This document shows, piece after piece, positions 35,801 through 48,049 of a DNA stretch of 64,000 nt; within the stretch, counting starts at the first letter, position 1; the number at the start of each line of letters is the position of its first letter. The notes beneath the pieces were generated by a model, which searched no databases, was not told the origin of the DNA, and saw nothing but the letters and a program-made list of their open reading frames with translations. This stretch comes from Mobula birostris (lineage: Eukaryota): the NCBI RefSeq assembly GCF_030028105.1, contig NC_092380.1:27305144-27369143 (forward strand), given 5' to 3'. The translations under genes and the position numbers were made by a program.

Positions 35801-37827
35801 TTTTGCTCCACATTCCATCTTTTTTTGTCATTTTCAGGGAACAATGGACTTGCACATCGAGATCCCTCTTTATATCAATGCTCCCAAGGATTCTGTCTTT
35901 TACTCTATGCACTTCCTTTACATTTGACCTCCTAAAATGCAGCACCTCACACTTATGCAGATCAAAATCTTGTTGATTATTTCCTGCATTTTCTGTTTTC
36001 CTTTATTTCAGATTTTTAGCATCTTCAGCTTCTGAAACACAGCTGGGAGCTGTTGAGGTTTAGGGTGGACTTAACTCCTGACTCCACACTGATCTGGCCA
36101 CAAACACATTTGTCCTGTGCTGTTCCAGAGGGGAGGCTGTAACTCTGAAACCTAACAAGGAATGGCACACCCCAGCCAGGGCCATACACCTAGCCCACAC
36201 TCTGCACCCTGGTTCCAGTACTACCTGTGCACTAGTTGTAGTCTTCAGTACCTGTGCTGCGTTGGTGGACAAATTGCGGAAACATCCTCAAACTGCCCAG
36301 ATCGCATTGAGATATCCAACCTCAGAGCCCAGATGCACAAGTATGGTGTCTCGTCCCAGTCATCTGTAGAAAGCTAAGTGTAATGCCCTGGTTAAGATTT
36401 CTACTGTGATGCTGTAGGTATTTCATTTTAACAGTTCTGTGCAAAAGCAGTGTGTCCTGCTGGTAGAATGTATTGGTTTCGGCTAAAGATAAGAAACCCT
36501 GCTATTCAACTTAGGAATATTGTGTCAGCCAATCAGGATGGTGGGGCCTAGAGAAAGTTCTAGAGAGAGGGGGGAGGAGAGAGATTTGATTTGTTAGTTA
36601 TATTTGCTTAGTACATTGCTTTACTCTCTTTGCTCTCTCATGGCCCTGCAGCTAGACATAGCTTGTACACATCTATATATAGCTACTGACAGCAATGTTG
36701 TTGACGGAATCTCAGATGGTGACAAGGAGGCTTACAGGAGTGAAATAGATCAGCTGGTTGAGTGGTGTCACTCAATATCAGCAAGATCAAGGAATAGATT
36801 GTGGACTTCAAGGAAGTGATGTTGGGAGAATATACTCCAGCCATTGAAGGGCCAATGGTGTAAAGGGTGAGCAGCTTCAAGTTCCTAGATGCCAATATCT
36901 CTGAGGATCTATCCTAGATTCAACACATTGTCTTGGACGTTTTTACTGTGATTGCAAGACCCTATTGGAATTTAGTAATTGGAAATTAGTAATGTAGAAT
37001 ACTGCAAGTCTGGTTCACTGGGACATTGGTGAGGCTGACAGCTGGGGAGCTGCATTGCCTCGGTCATCGCAAGGACCAAACCTTCATGTCGCGGCGTTGC
37101 CTGTCACAGCCGACCAGGAGAAACGATGCCAGGGTAGTGTGGGTGGGAGCAAAGGCCTCTATGGGCATGCTAGAATATGTACTGCATTGGGAGTTGGCCC
37201 TTCCCGTTTGTGCTGCCCTCTAGTGCTCGCTCTGTGGAAGTCAAGCTGGACCAGGACAACATCCCACGTACCATCAATGTACAAGCCAAGCCATTCAGGG
37301 ACTTGGGCTATATTTTTTTGGTGACAGATTGTATGCTTTTTTCTGCTATTGTAACCATATACAATGTGTACTGGTGCTGTGTGCTGTTGGTTATGTGTTT
37401 TGCAGCTCGGCCCTGGAGGAACCTGTTTCATTTGGCTGTATTCATGTATGGTTGAATAATAATTAAGGCGAGTGTGGCTCCCCACCCCCTCCTATTTTGA
37501 CCAATTTTTACAGGAGCATCACCGGGAGTGTCCTGACCAGCTGCATCACCGTCTGGAATGGGAATTGCAAGGCATCTGACTGCAGTCCCTGCAAAGGATT
37601 GTGAGGACTGCTGAGATGATCACCCATAGGAGATAGTTATCAGGAGTGCTGTGTGTGCAAGAACCTTAGCATTGTCAATGATCCCTTCCATCCGTCCAAC
37701 AATCTCTAACCCCCTACCATCAGGCAGGAGATACTGCAGTATGAGGACACCAACTGTTAGGCTAGGAAACAGCTTCTTTCCCCAGGCCATGAGATGACTG
37801 AACTTCTTGACACCAGATATGAATCTC

Positions 37828-38900
37828 GTCATAAGACCATAAGGTATAGGAACAGAATCAGGCCATTTGGCCCATCAGGTCTGCTCTGCCATTACATCAT
37901 GGCTGATACAATTTTCCTCTCAGACCCAATCTCCTGCATCTTCCCGTATCCCGTCATTCTCTCACCAGTCAACAATCTATTAACCTGTGCCTTAAATATA
38001 CATAAAGACTTGGCCTCCACGGCTGCCTGCGGCAAAGAATTCCACAGATTCACTACTCTCTGGCTAAGGAAATTCCTCCTCATCTCCTTTCTAAAATGGT
38101 GCCCCTCTATTCTGAGGCTGTGTCCTCTGGTCTTAGACCCTCCCACCATAGGAAACATCCTCTCCACATCCACTCTATCAAGACCTTTCATCATTTGATA
38201 GGTTTCAATGAATGCACCCCTCATTCTTCTGAATTCCAGTGAATACAGGCCCAGAGCTATCAAACGCTCTTCACCTGACAAGCCATTCAATCCTGGAATC
38301 ATTTTCGTGAACCCTCCCCAGTTTTAACACGTCCTTTCTCAGATAAGGGGCCCAAAACTGCTCACAATACTCTAAGAGGGAGCTCACCAGTGATTTATGA
38401 AGTCTCAACAAGACATCCTTACTTGTATAGTTTAGTAGTTTTCTTGAAGTGAATGCTAACATCATATTTGCATTCTGCACCAGAGATTCAACCTGCAAAT
38501 TAACCTTTAGGGAATCCTGCACAAGGATTCCCCAGATGCTTTGCAACCCAGTGTTTTGGTATTTAATCTCCATTTAGAAAACAGTCAACCCTTTCAGTTC
38601 TTCTACCAAAGTACTTCAGCATACACTTCCCCACACTGTATTCCATCTGTCACTTTTTTGCCCATTCTTCTAATTTGTCTAAATACTTCTGCAGTCTCTC
38701 CACTTCCTCAAAACTACCTGCCCCTCCACCTAGCTTCATATCATCTACAAACTTTGCAACAAAGCCATCAATTCCATCATCCAACTCATTTGCATATAAT
38801 GTAAAAAAATTCAGTTCCAACACAGCCCCCTTTCGAACACCACTAGTCACTGGCAGTCAATCAGAAAAGGCTCCCTTTATCCCCACTCTTTGCTGACTGT
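37828..38900 (-). mobile_element. CR1 LINE 3' half
   Basis: TSGVRKG...KFVDDMK, LLEYCEQFWAPY, GLYSLEFRRMRG, QRVVNLWNSLPQ. Confidence 0.85.
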
Positions 38901-39409
38901 CACGGTCTCATCATGTATGAAATGCCAGTAGCGTTATGCCGTTTACTTTTTAACTTGTATCATATATGCAGCTTATTATTTGTTAATTTATTTGTGGTAA
39001 TGTTAAGTTATGTGTTATGTGTGTGTTGTACACCTTGGTCCAGAGTAAAGTTTTGTTTGGTGATATACATGTGTACGGTTGAATGACAATAAACTGAACA
39101 TGAAAATGAACTTGAATTACAGTCAATTTTGTCATGATGCAATCATGACAAAGGCACTCAGCTGCTGTGCTTCGTTAGGAGTTTGAGGTAATTTGGTATG
39201 TCACCAAAGACTGTTGCAAATTTCTGCAGATTGGAGAGCACTTTGGCTGGTTGTGCAACGACCTGGTAAGGAGCCTCCAATGGGAAGGATTACTAGAGAC
39301 TTCATCATGGTTGCAAGAATATTTTGAAGAGGCAGTGCTCCAAGACAGCAGCATCCATCATTAAGCACACTTACTAAGTGGGACATGCCCTCTTCTTTTT
39401 ACACCCATC

Positions 39410-40228
39410 AGGCCTCACCTGGAAGGACTGTCTGGGGTATAGAAGGCCACATCGGGAGCACTGGACGCAGTATATCACCCCAGCTGACCCACAGGTGAAG
39501 TGTCACCTCACCTGTGAGTCGGCTGGGGTGATATACTGCATCCGGTGCTCCCAAAGCAGCCTTCTATATTTTGGCAAGACCCAATGCAGGCTGGGAGATC
39601 ATTTCGCTGAACACCTATGCTCTATCCGCCAGAGAAAGCAGGATCTCCCAGTGGCCACACATTTTAATTGCATGTCCCATTCCCATTCTGACATGTCTAT
39701 CCACGGCCTCCTCTACTGTAAAGATGAAGCCACACTCAGGTTGGAGGAATAACACCTTATATTCCGTCTGGGTAGCCTCCAACCTGATGGCATAAATATT
39801 GACTTCTCAAACTTCCGCTAATGCCCCACCTCTCCCTCGTACCCCATCCGTTATTTATTTATATACACACATTCTTTCTCTCTCTCTCCTTTTTCTCTCT
39901 CTCCTTTTTCTCCCTCTGTCCCTCTCACTATACCCCTTGCCCATCCTCTGGGCTTCCCCCCTCCCGTCTTCTTTCTCCCTAGCCCTCCTGTCCCATGATC
40001 CTCTCACATCCCTTTTGCCAATCACCTGCCCAGCTCTTGGCTCCATCCCTCCCCCTCCTGCCTTCTCCTATCATTTCCGATCTCCCCCTCCCCCTCCCAC
40101 TTTCAAACCTCTTACTAGCTCTTCTTTCAGTTAGTCCCGACGAAGGGTCTCGGCCCGAAACATCGACTGTACCTCTTCCTAGAGATGCTGCCTGGCCTGC
40201 TGCGTTCACCAGCAACTTTTATGTGTGT
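39410..40228 (+). mobile_element. Penelope GIY-YIG/pLTR copy with a 5' fold-back inversion
   Basis: Near-identical to 1586-2304. 39438-39498 is the reverse complement of 39508-39568. Mutated hammerhead at 40133-40168. Confidence 0.88.
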
Positions 40229-41208
40229 AAGCCTGATTCTGTTCTGTCCAGCTGTTTCTGATTGTTTTAGGTGTGTGTGTCTTCGTGATCTTTTAGCTCT
40301 ATTTTAATAAACAAATTTCAGCAATGTTTTTATTTTAACAGGTCTTGCTAGGTTTCTGAAGTTTTAAAATGTCAAACATGCCATCAAAATTAAAGCTTTG
40401 GCACCTGGTCTTCGAGGATGGTGTCCCTCTGCCTCTCAAACCCATCTTGTTATTGCAGCCAGGTCACTGTCCTGAGCCGGGCTCCCAGCAGCAGTTTAGG
40501 CTAAGGACCACGCTGTAGCCTTTGCCGACCTCACAGGCCACCTGACTGCACATATTTAGTATTGGTCGGTAATGCAGTCCTGATGGGTTCCTACCCTCCT
40601 CCCATCCGTTCTCCCCATCTCCCTCACTTGATTCCATGCTCTCCAATCAGTCTCCATCATCTTCAGCCCTTTGTTGCCTCCACCTACCACCTCCAGCCAC
40701 TTTGCTCCCCCTACGCTCAGCTGCCTATCAACCCTGTCATGGCCAATTAACTGGACTCTGAAAACTTGCACTAGTTCCTCAAGCACAGTTTATTCCCAAG
40801 AACAGTATGACCCCTGTCACCAAACTGCTCTAATGTTTGAACAAAGTGATATGAGTTTTATACAGAAATGGACTAATTGTGTACAGATATCGACCAATCA
40901 GTAACCTCATGGATGTTCCAATTCTTTATTTGCATAATCAATCACCAATCACACTACGATAATACAGGTATTAATAGAAAACATAATCTCCATGTTAAAG
41001 CCCCAGAATCTGTAAAGTAACTGACCATTTGTAATGGGCACCCTAGAATCCTTAGCTTGCATCATAATCTTGTCTTGGTATGCCAAATGGCTCTGGGCCC
41101 CTGCTGTGCAAAGGGGAGATATGCTCTTCAAAGACCTTTCTTGACTGTGCTGTCTGTATACCACCTGTAAAATATCCTCTCCCATACATTATCTTAACTA
41201 TTCCTTAT

Positions 41209-41676
41209 TAGAGGACTCTCTGATCTATGGGCTGTTCCCGGGGACGCACACGGAGACCAACATCCGGTGCTGCTGGCAGATCATCAACTCGGTGAGAGAC
41301 GCTCTTTGGTTGGCCCGAAACTTGATGATCTACCAGCACATGGAGATGTCTGTGGGAGAAAGCTGCCGACTGGCACATTCTTGGCTGCAGGAGTACGTGC
41401 TGAGGGACGCACTGAAACTTGGTGCAGCCACTGCAAGGGCCCAGTGGGGAAGGACCACAGTTTAGGTTTCTTCTCCTGCGGGAGTGGGAGGGGTCGGGTG
41501 GCGGGGAGTACACCCCTCAACAATGGTGTAGTAAGGTGAACCAACGGAGTGCCACGTGGGTGGCCAAAGTATGGATATGTAGAGACCATATGGGAAACAT
41601 ATGTAAAGGATTGAGAGTCATTGAATGGTTTATTGTATATAATTTTATTTTTGAATAAAGTATATTTTGAAAAACA
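41209..41676 (+). mobile_element. Tx1/L1-clade LINE 3' end, 5'-truncated
   Basis: EDSLIYGLFPGTHTETNIRCCWQIINSVRDALWLARN...QEYVLRDALKLG...WGRTTV*. AATAAA plus A-rich tail. Perfect 13-bp TSD AACTATTCCTTAT (41196-41208, 41677-41689). Confidence 0.85.
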
Positions 41677-42269
41677 AACTATTCCTTATCGCGATTTTCA
41701 CACCCCTCCTCACCTGGATTCACCTATCGCTTGTTAACTCTGGTACTAACTTTTCCTCATACTTTTACACTGACTATGCCCCCCTTTAACTTTCAGAATC
41801 CACTTGAAAGAGGTACAGGAGCTTTATGACTCACACCCCAAGTTCAGGAACAGTCATTACCCCTCATCCATCAGGCTCTTGAACCAAAGGAGATAACTTC
41901 ACTTGCCCCATCATTGAACTGTTCCCACAACCAATGGACTCACTTTCAAGGACTCTGCATCTCATGCGCTCAATATTTATTGCTTATTTATTTTTTATTA
42001 TTATTATTATTATTATTTATATTTGCATAGTTTGCTGTATTCTGCAATCTGGTTGAATGCCATAGTTGGGCAGTCTTTCATTGATTCTGTTGTGGTTATT
42101 AGTTTATTGATCTATTGAGTATGCCTACAAGAAAATGAATCTCAAGGTTGTATATATGTCCTTTGACAATAAATTAATTTTGAATATTGATGTATCTTGA
42201 TACAAAATGTTGATTGTTCATCCTTCTCCATAGATGTTACTTAGATTTCCTCCGGGGGATTTCCATAAG

Positions 42270-42535
42270 TTCTGAAAAGCTCTTCAAAACTTTTGCATGT
42301 CCATTCTTGATGTAACTCATGGATGTCATGCACTGCTGACCACAACTTTTTTTTCCATCAGCTTTTCCCATCACTGCAAGATGTTCGAGCTTCTCTTTCA
42401 GCTGATCCCAGAAATTCCAGCTGCCGTGTTCTGATTGATGGTAACATCTCTCTTCTTATTCCAGGTTTACACAACACTTCCTCATTTGTTCCTCTGTCCT
42501 TCCACAATATTTTCGCTATTCTTCTCAAAAACCAC
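42270..42535 (-). mobile_element. RTE-clade LINE C-terminal fragment
   Basis: MWFLRRIAKILWKDRGTNEEVL...IRTRQLEFLG. Confidence 0.7.
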
Positions 42536-42810
42536 ATTAAGGGCATAGATAAGTTGAATTGTCACAGTCTAAAGTGCATAGGTTTTATAAGAGAGAGGGA
42601 AATTTAAAGGGGATGTGAGAGACAGCTTTTTCACAAAGGATTGTGGGTATGTGGAATGAGTTTCCAGATGAAATGGTGGAGGTGGCTAGAATTACAGATT
42701 TTAAAAGACATTTGGATGAATACGTGGATAGGACAGGTTTAGAGAAATATGGGCCAAATGTAAGCAAATTGAACTAGATTGGATCTAGTGTTTTTCTGGC
42801 ATATACAACG

Positions 42811-43161
42811 AATATATTCTTCTCGGGCTTTCAGCTGGTTAGAGATATTGACTTTAACTGATGTTTCGATGACAAGATCTGCCATCTTCATCAGGGGTGA
42901 TGTCTGGGCACGTATATTCCGGTGGTACTTATACCCCCATCGTCCGTCCCTCCAGATTGGTTAGTCCACATCCAAGATGGGACAGCGGAAACCTGACTGG
43001 GTGAGGTCTAACCAATCAGGAGGGTCAGACAATGGGGGTATAAATTCAACCGGACTAGACTGGCTCAGGCATCATCCCTGATGAAGATGGCAGAGTTTGT
43101 CATTGAAACATTGGTTAACATCAATACCTGTACCTGGCTGGAAGTCCAAGAAGAGTGTATT
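42811..43161. mobile_element. Palindromic mini-element of two head-to-head Penelope-type pLTR arms, each with CCAAT, TATA and a hammerhead motif
   Basis: The roughly 165-bp arms align as reverse complements. + arm: CCAAT 43012, TATAAAT 43039, CTGATGA 43078, GAAA 43105. Mirrored on the minus arm. Confidence 0.75.
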
Positions 43162-44109
43162 GGAATTGCTTAGGTAGACAACATGGTTAGAATGAACAAG
43201 TAAAGCCAAAGGGCCTTTTTTCCCATGTTGTATAACTCTGTGAATCTATTGAAAATGTGACAAGCTACCTGCACACTAGATTCCAATAAATAGTGGTGTA
43301 ATATTGACTAACCATGAAGAATTAAGATTGGTAAGGAGAACAGTTATTGTGATCCAAGCTAATGCAGTGGGATTCCCTGCACTCACAAAGAGATATGGAA
43401 ATGTACTTTTCTTGTAGTAGTAACAAAATGGCAATTTTGTCTGTAACAAAATGGAACCTGTACTGTACCAGAGTGCCTAGCTAACAGAGTTTTTGCAACA
43501 TTATGCCAATGGACCTTCAGTACATGACAAACTGCAGAAGGACAAGCAGATACGTTACTGGAAGAATGAGAAGTACACTAATTAAACAGGTGAACAGAAT
43601 GTACCCTGACCTTGAACTGGCATGCAGTAGCTACCGCTTGTGCATAAAGGAGTGACTATGTTGTTTTTTTTTTCTTTTCGAAGCTATCACCAGCTCTTGT
43701 GTGGTACTCGTCTTCCCTTGCTGCAAGTAAAATAATTGATCCACTCCGAGTTAATTGTTGTTTGTTTTAAGACGTAGCAAAAAGGTGGGTGACAGAAAGC
43801 AGCCTCTGTTGAAAGCAATATCTTTGATATCCAGCAATCCCTCACTATGACATTATTTTCATAGTTTACAGAGTCGGGCTTGAACCCATTTCTGTTCGAC
43901 ATTTGTGGACAACTCATTGGTCAAGTACATGATAGCATCTGGATTGCTCGGCAGAGCAGTTTTTATTGAGGTGCAAAGCTGCTCAGGAAAAAGAACCACA
44001 TTCATTATTGTATTTATTTATTTTATTAATTTAGAGATACAGCGCAGAATAGGCGCTTTTGGCCCTTTGACCAGCGACCCCCAATTTAACCCTAACCCTA
44101 ATTACGGGT

Positions 44110-44424
44110 GTGGGCACGTGGCCAAGTGGTTAAGGCATTGGACTAGCGACCTGAAGGTCGTGAGTTCGAGCCCCATCTGAGGGAACGTGTTGTGTCCTTG
44201 AGCAAGGCACTTAATCACACATTGCTCTGCGACAACACTGGTGCCAAGCTGTATGGGTCCTAATGCCCCTCCCTTGGACAACATTGGTGTCATGGAGAGG
44301 GGAGACTTGCAGCATGGGCAACTGCTGGTCTTCCATACAACCTTGCCCAGGCCTGCGCCCTGGAGAGTGCAGACTTTCCAGGCGCAGATCCATGGTCTCC
44401 CAAGACTAACGGATGCCTTTACTT
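44110..44424 (+). mobile_element. tRNA-derived SINE with Pol III boxes
   Basis: Box A TGGCCAAGTGG at 44119-44129, box B GAGTTCGAGCC at 44162-44172. 11-bp TSD TAATTA(C/T)GGGT (44099-44109, 44425-44435). Confidence 0.88.
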
Positions 44425-44505
44425 TAATTATGGGTCAATTCACAATGATCAATTAACCCAACTGTATGTTTTTGAACTGTGAGAGGAATCTGGAGCACCT
44501 GGAGA

Positions 44506-45865
44506 AATCAGAATCAGGCTTATTATGACCGGAATGTGCCGTGAAATTTGTTCACTTAGCAGCAGCAGTTCAATGCAATACCTAATATAGAAGAGGAAAA
44601 AAATAATCGATTACAGTATACATTGCAAAAAAAACCAAGAAATAATATATATTAGAAAAGTGAGGTGGTGTTCATGGGTTCGACGTCCATTTAGGAATCG
44701 GATGGCAGAGGGCAAGAAGCTGTTCCTGAATCACTGAGTGTGTGCCTTCAGGCTTCTGTACCTCCTTCCTGATGGTAACAGTGAGAAAAGGGCATGCCCT
44801 GGGTGCTGGGGGTCCTTAATAATGAATGCTGCCTTTCTGAGACAACGCTCCTTGAAGATGTCCTGGGTACTTTGTAGGCTAGTACCCAAGATGGAGCCGA
44901 CTAAATTTAGAACCCTCTGCAGCTTCTTTCGGTCCTGTGCAGTAGCCCCCCCCCCACCTCCTACCCCCATACCAGACAGTGACACAGTCTGTCAGAATTC
45001 TCTCCACAGTACATCTGAAGAAGTTTTTGAGCGTATTTGTTGACATGCCAAATCTCTTCAAACTCCTAATGAAGTATAGTGACGGTCTTGCCTTCTTTAT
45101 AACTGCATCGATATGTTGGGACCAGGTTAGATCCTCAGAAATCTTGACACCCAGGAACTCGAAACTGCTCCTCTCTCCACTTCTGATCCCTCTATGAGGA
45201 TCGGTATGTGTTCCTTCGTCTTACCCTTCCTGAAGTCCACAATCAGCTCTTTCATCTCACTGATGTTGAGTACCAGGTTGTTGCTGCGGCAGCACTCCAC
45301 TAGTTGGCATATCACACTCCTGTATGCCCTCTCTTCACCACCTGAGATTTGACCAACAATGGTTGTATCATCAGCAAATTTATAGCTGGTATTTGAGCTA
45401 TGCCTAGCCACACAGTCATGGGTATAGAGAGAGTAGAGCAGTGGGCTAAGCACACACCCCTGAGGTGCACCAGTGTTGATCGTCAGCGAGGAGGAGATAT
45501 TATCACCACTTCGCACTAACTGTGGTCTTCCAGTTAGGAAGCTGAGGATCCAATTGCAGATGGATGTACAGAGGCCCATGTTCTGTAACTTCTCAATCAG
45601 GATTGTGAGAATGATGGTGTTGAATGCTGAGCTATAGTCAATGAACAGTATCCTGACATAGATGTTTGTACTGCCCAGTGGTCTAAGGCCATGTGGAGAG
45701 TGATTTAGATTGCATCTGCCATTGACCTATTGTGGCAATAGGCAAATTACAATGGGTCCAGGTCCTTGCTGAGGCAGGAGTTCAGTCTAGTCATGACCAA
45801 CCTCTCAAAGCATTTTATCACTGTAGGTGTGAATGCTACTGGGCAATAGTCATTAAGGCAGCTGA
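44506..45865 (-). mobile_element. LINE (Rex1/Babar-like) RT 3' part
   Basis: [68 protein letters not shown] tail. Confidence 0.88.
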
Positions 45866-46534
45866 CATTCCACTGGGAGCATTCCTTACAGGTGACACTG
45901 GGATTAAATTCTGATGCCCCAAGATGTAATAGCATTGCACCAAGCCATACACTACCATGGTGCCCAATTAGTGTCTTTCATGCTCCCTCCTGAAGCAGGT
46001 GACAATGAATGAAGTCACTTCATTCTCCTCTGTTGTCTTGTGGTTTGTTGTTTCACCACAGTGCTGTATTGTGGCAGCTGCTGGGTTACACCTGAAACAC
46101 CAAACCTAAGCCCAGCTGCTAACACGATAGCTCCTGGAGAGGTATCTCCAGAGACTTAGTCAATAAACCAACCCTGACTGACGAAGGCCAGCGTGCCAAC
46201 AGCCTTCTTACCACGTTGTCTGTCTGTGACGCCACTTTCAAGAACCAGGAACCTGAACTCCAAGGTCCCTCTGTTCTACAACACTCTCCAGTACCCTACC
46301 GTCTGCACCTTCTGAGGATTTATTGAGCATTTTTCCCCCGGATCACACACAGTCAATATGATGGCAAATTTCACATACGTGGTGAAGGATCCCACAACAC
46401 ACTGAAAGAATGTGAAATGCTCTACGTAGATGCGAAGCTCTCCCTCCAACTTCCGACAGGACTTGTGCCTAGCACAAAATGCTGGAGGAACTCATCATTG
46501 GAAATGAATAAACCATCAAAGCTTCAGGCTGACA

Positions 46535-48035
46535 CCTCAATGACTATCACCCAGTAGCATTTACATCCACAGTGATGAAGTGTTCTGAGAGCTTGGTGAT
46601 GAAACTCCTGCCCGAGAAGTCACTTAGATCCCTTTCAATTTGCCTACCACAGCACAACTCTTTACTCAACTCTAGTACATCTGGTCAGCAAAGATGAATA
46701 TATCAGGATGCTCTTTACTGACTACAGCTCAGAATTCAATAACCTCATCCCCTCAAGACTAATCAATAAGCTCCAAGACCTTGGCCTCAATACCTGCTTG
46801 TTCAATTGGATCCTGGATTTCCTCACTTGCAGACCCCGGTCGGTTTGGATTGACAACAACGTCCCTTCCACGAACCCCATCAGCACAGGTGCAGCACAAG
46901 GCTGTGTGCCTAGCCCCCTGCTCTACTTGCTTTATGGTTATGACTGTGTGGCTAAGCACAGCTCCAATGCCATATTCCAGTCCGCTGATGACTCCACAGT
47001 TTAGGCCGATTCAAAAGTGGTGATACATTGACATATAGGAGGGAGATTGAAAATCTGGCTGAGTGGTGTCATAGCAACAGTGTCTTACTCAATGTCAGCA
47101 AGACCAAGGAGCCGATGATATAATTCAGGAGAAGGAAACCGGAAGTCCATAAGCCGGTCCTCATTGAAGGATCAGAGGTGGAGAGAATTAGCAACTTTAA
47201 ATTCTTGGGTGTTATTATTTCAGAGGACCTGTCCTGGGCGCGTAAGTGCAATTCAAAGAAAGCACGATAACGGCTCTACTTCCTTTGGAGGTTACCGACC
47301 TTCGGCATGACATCTATAGATGTGTATTGGTGAATATATTGATTGGCTGGTATGGAAAGAAAAAACCTACAAAAAGTAGTGGATACGGCACAGTCCATCA
47401 CGGACAAAGCCACCGCAACCATTGAGCACACCTAGATGAAACGCTGTTACAGGAAAGCAGCATCCATCATCAGGGACCCCCACCACCCAGGACATGCTCT
47501 CTTCTCGATGGTACAAGAACCTCAGGACTCACACCGCCAGGTTCAGGAACAGTTACTACCCCTCAACCATCAGGCTCTTTAAGCAAAGTGGATAATGTAG
47601 GTTTTCACAAATAAAACGGCGTTGACGTTTTATCTTTAGGGAAATACGTAACAATTATTTAACGTCAAAAAACTAAACACAAAGCGCCTTAAAAGTCCTG
47701 TACGTAATTGCATCATCACGTCAGATCCCCCTCTTAAAGATGAACCCCAACTCGATGTCGGGGGTTGTGAATTACGTTATGCAATAACCTCATTGAAATA
47801 TTCCCTCAACCAAAGGACTCACTTTCAAGGACTCTTGATCATATTCTCGATACTTAATGCTTACTTATTTATTATTATTTCTTCGTTTTGTATTTTCATT
47901 CTGGTTGAACGTCCTAGTTTTGCGGTCTTTTATTGATTCTATTTTGGTTATTATTCAATGGATTTATTGAGTATTCCCCAAAAAAATCAATGTCGGGGTT
48001 GTATATGTACTTTGATAATTTACTTTGAACTTTGA
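46535..48035 (+). mobile_element. Degenerate LINE RT plus 3' UTR, interrupted by a solo LTR
   Basis: [35 protein letters not shown]. (ACTTTGA)n tail at about 48020-48034. Confidence 0.8.
47596..47783 (-). mobile_element. Short solo LTR (188 bp)
   Basis: TG...CA termini, 4-bp TSD ATAA (47592-47595, 47784-47787). The host LINE UTR resumes across it. Orientation is tentative. Confidence 0.7.
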
Positions 48036-48049
48036 AACCCTTCATCAGG

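Noticed and set aside
36379-36590. LTR-like fragment starting TGTAATG with a CCAAT box
   Set aside because: No matching CA end or TSD was found, so it is too incomplete to call.
44086-44101. TAACCC telomere-like repeats
   Set aside because: Only two units, inside a SINE remnant.
44110-44185. tRNA gene
   Set aside because: It has A/B boxes but continues into a SINE body with a TSD and has a second copy at 32593-32909.
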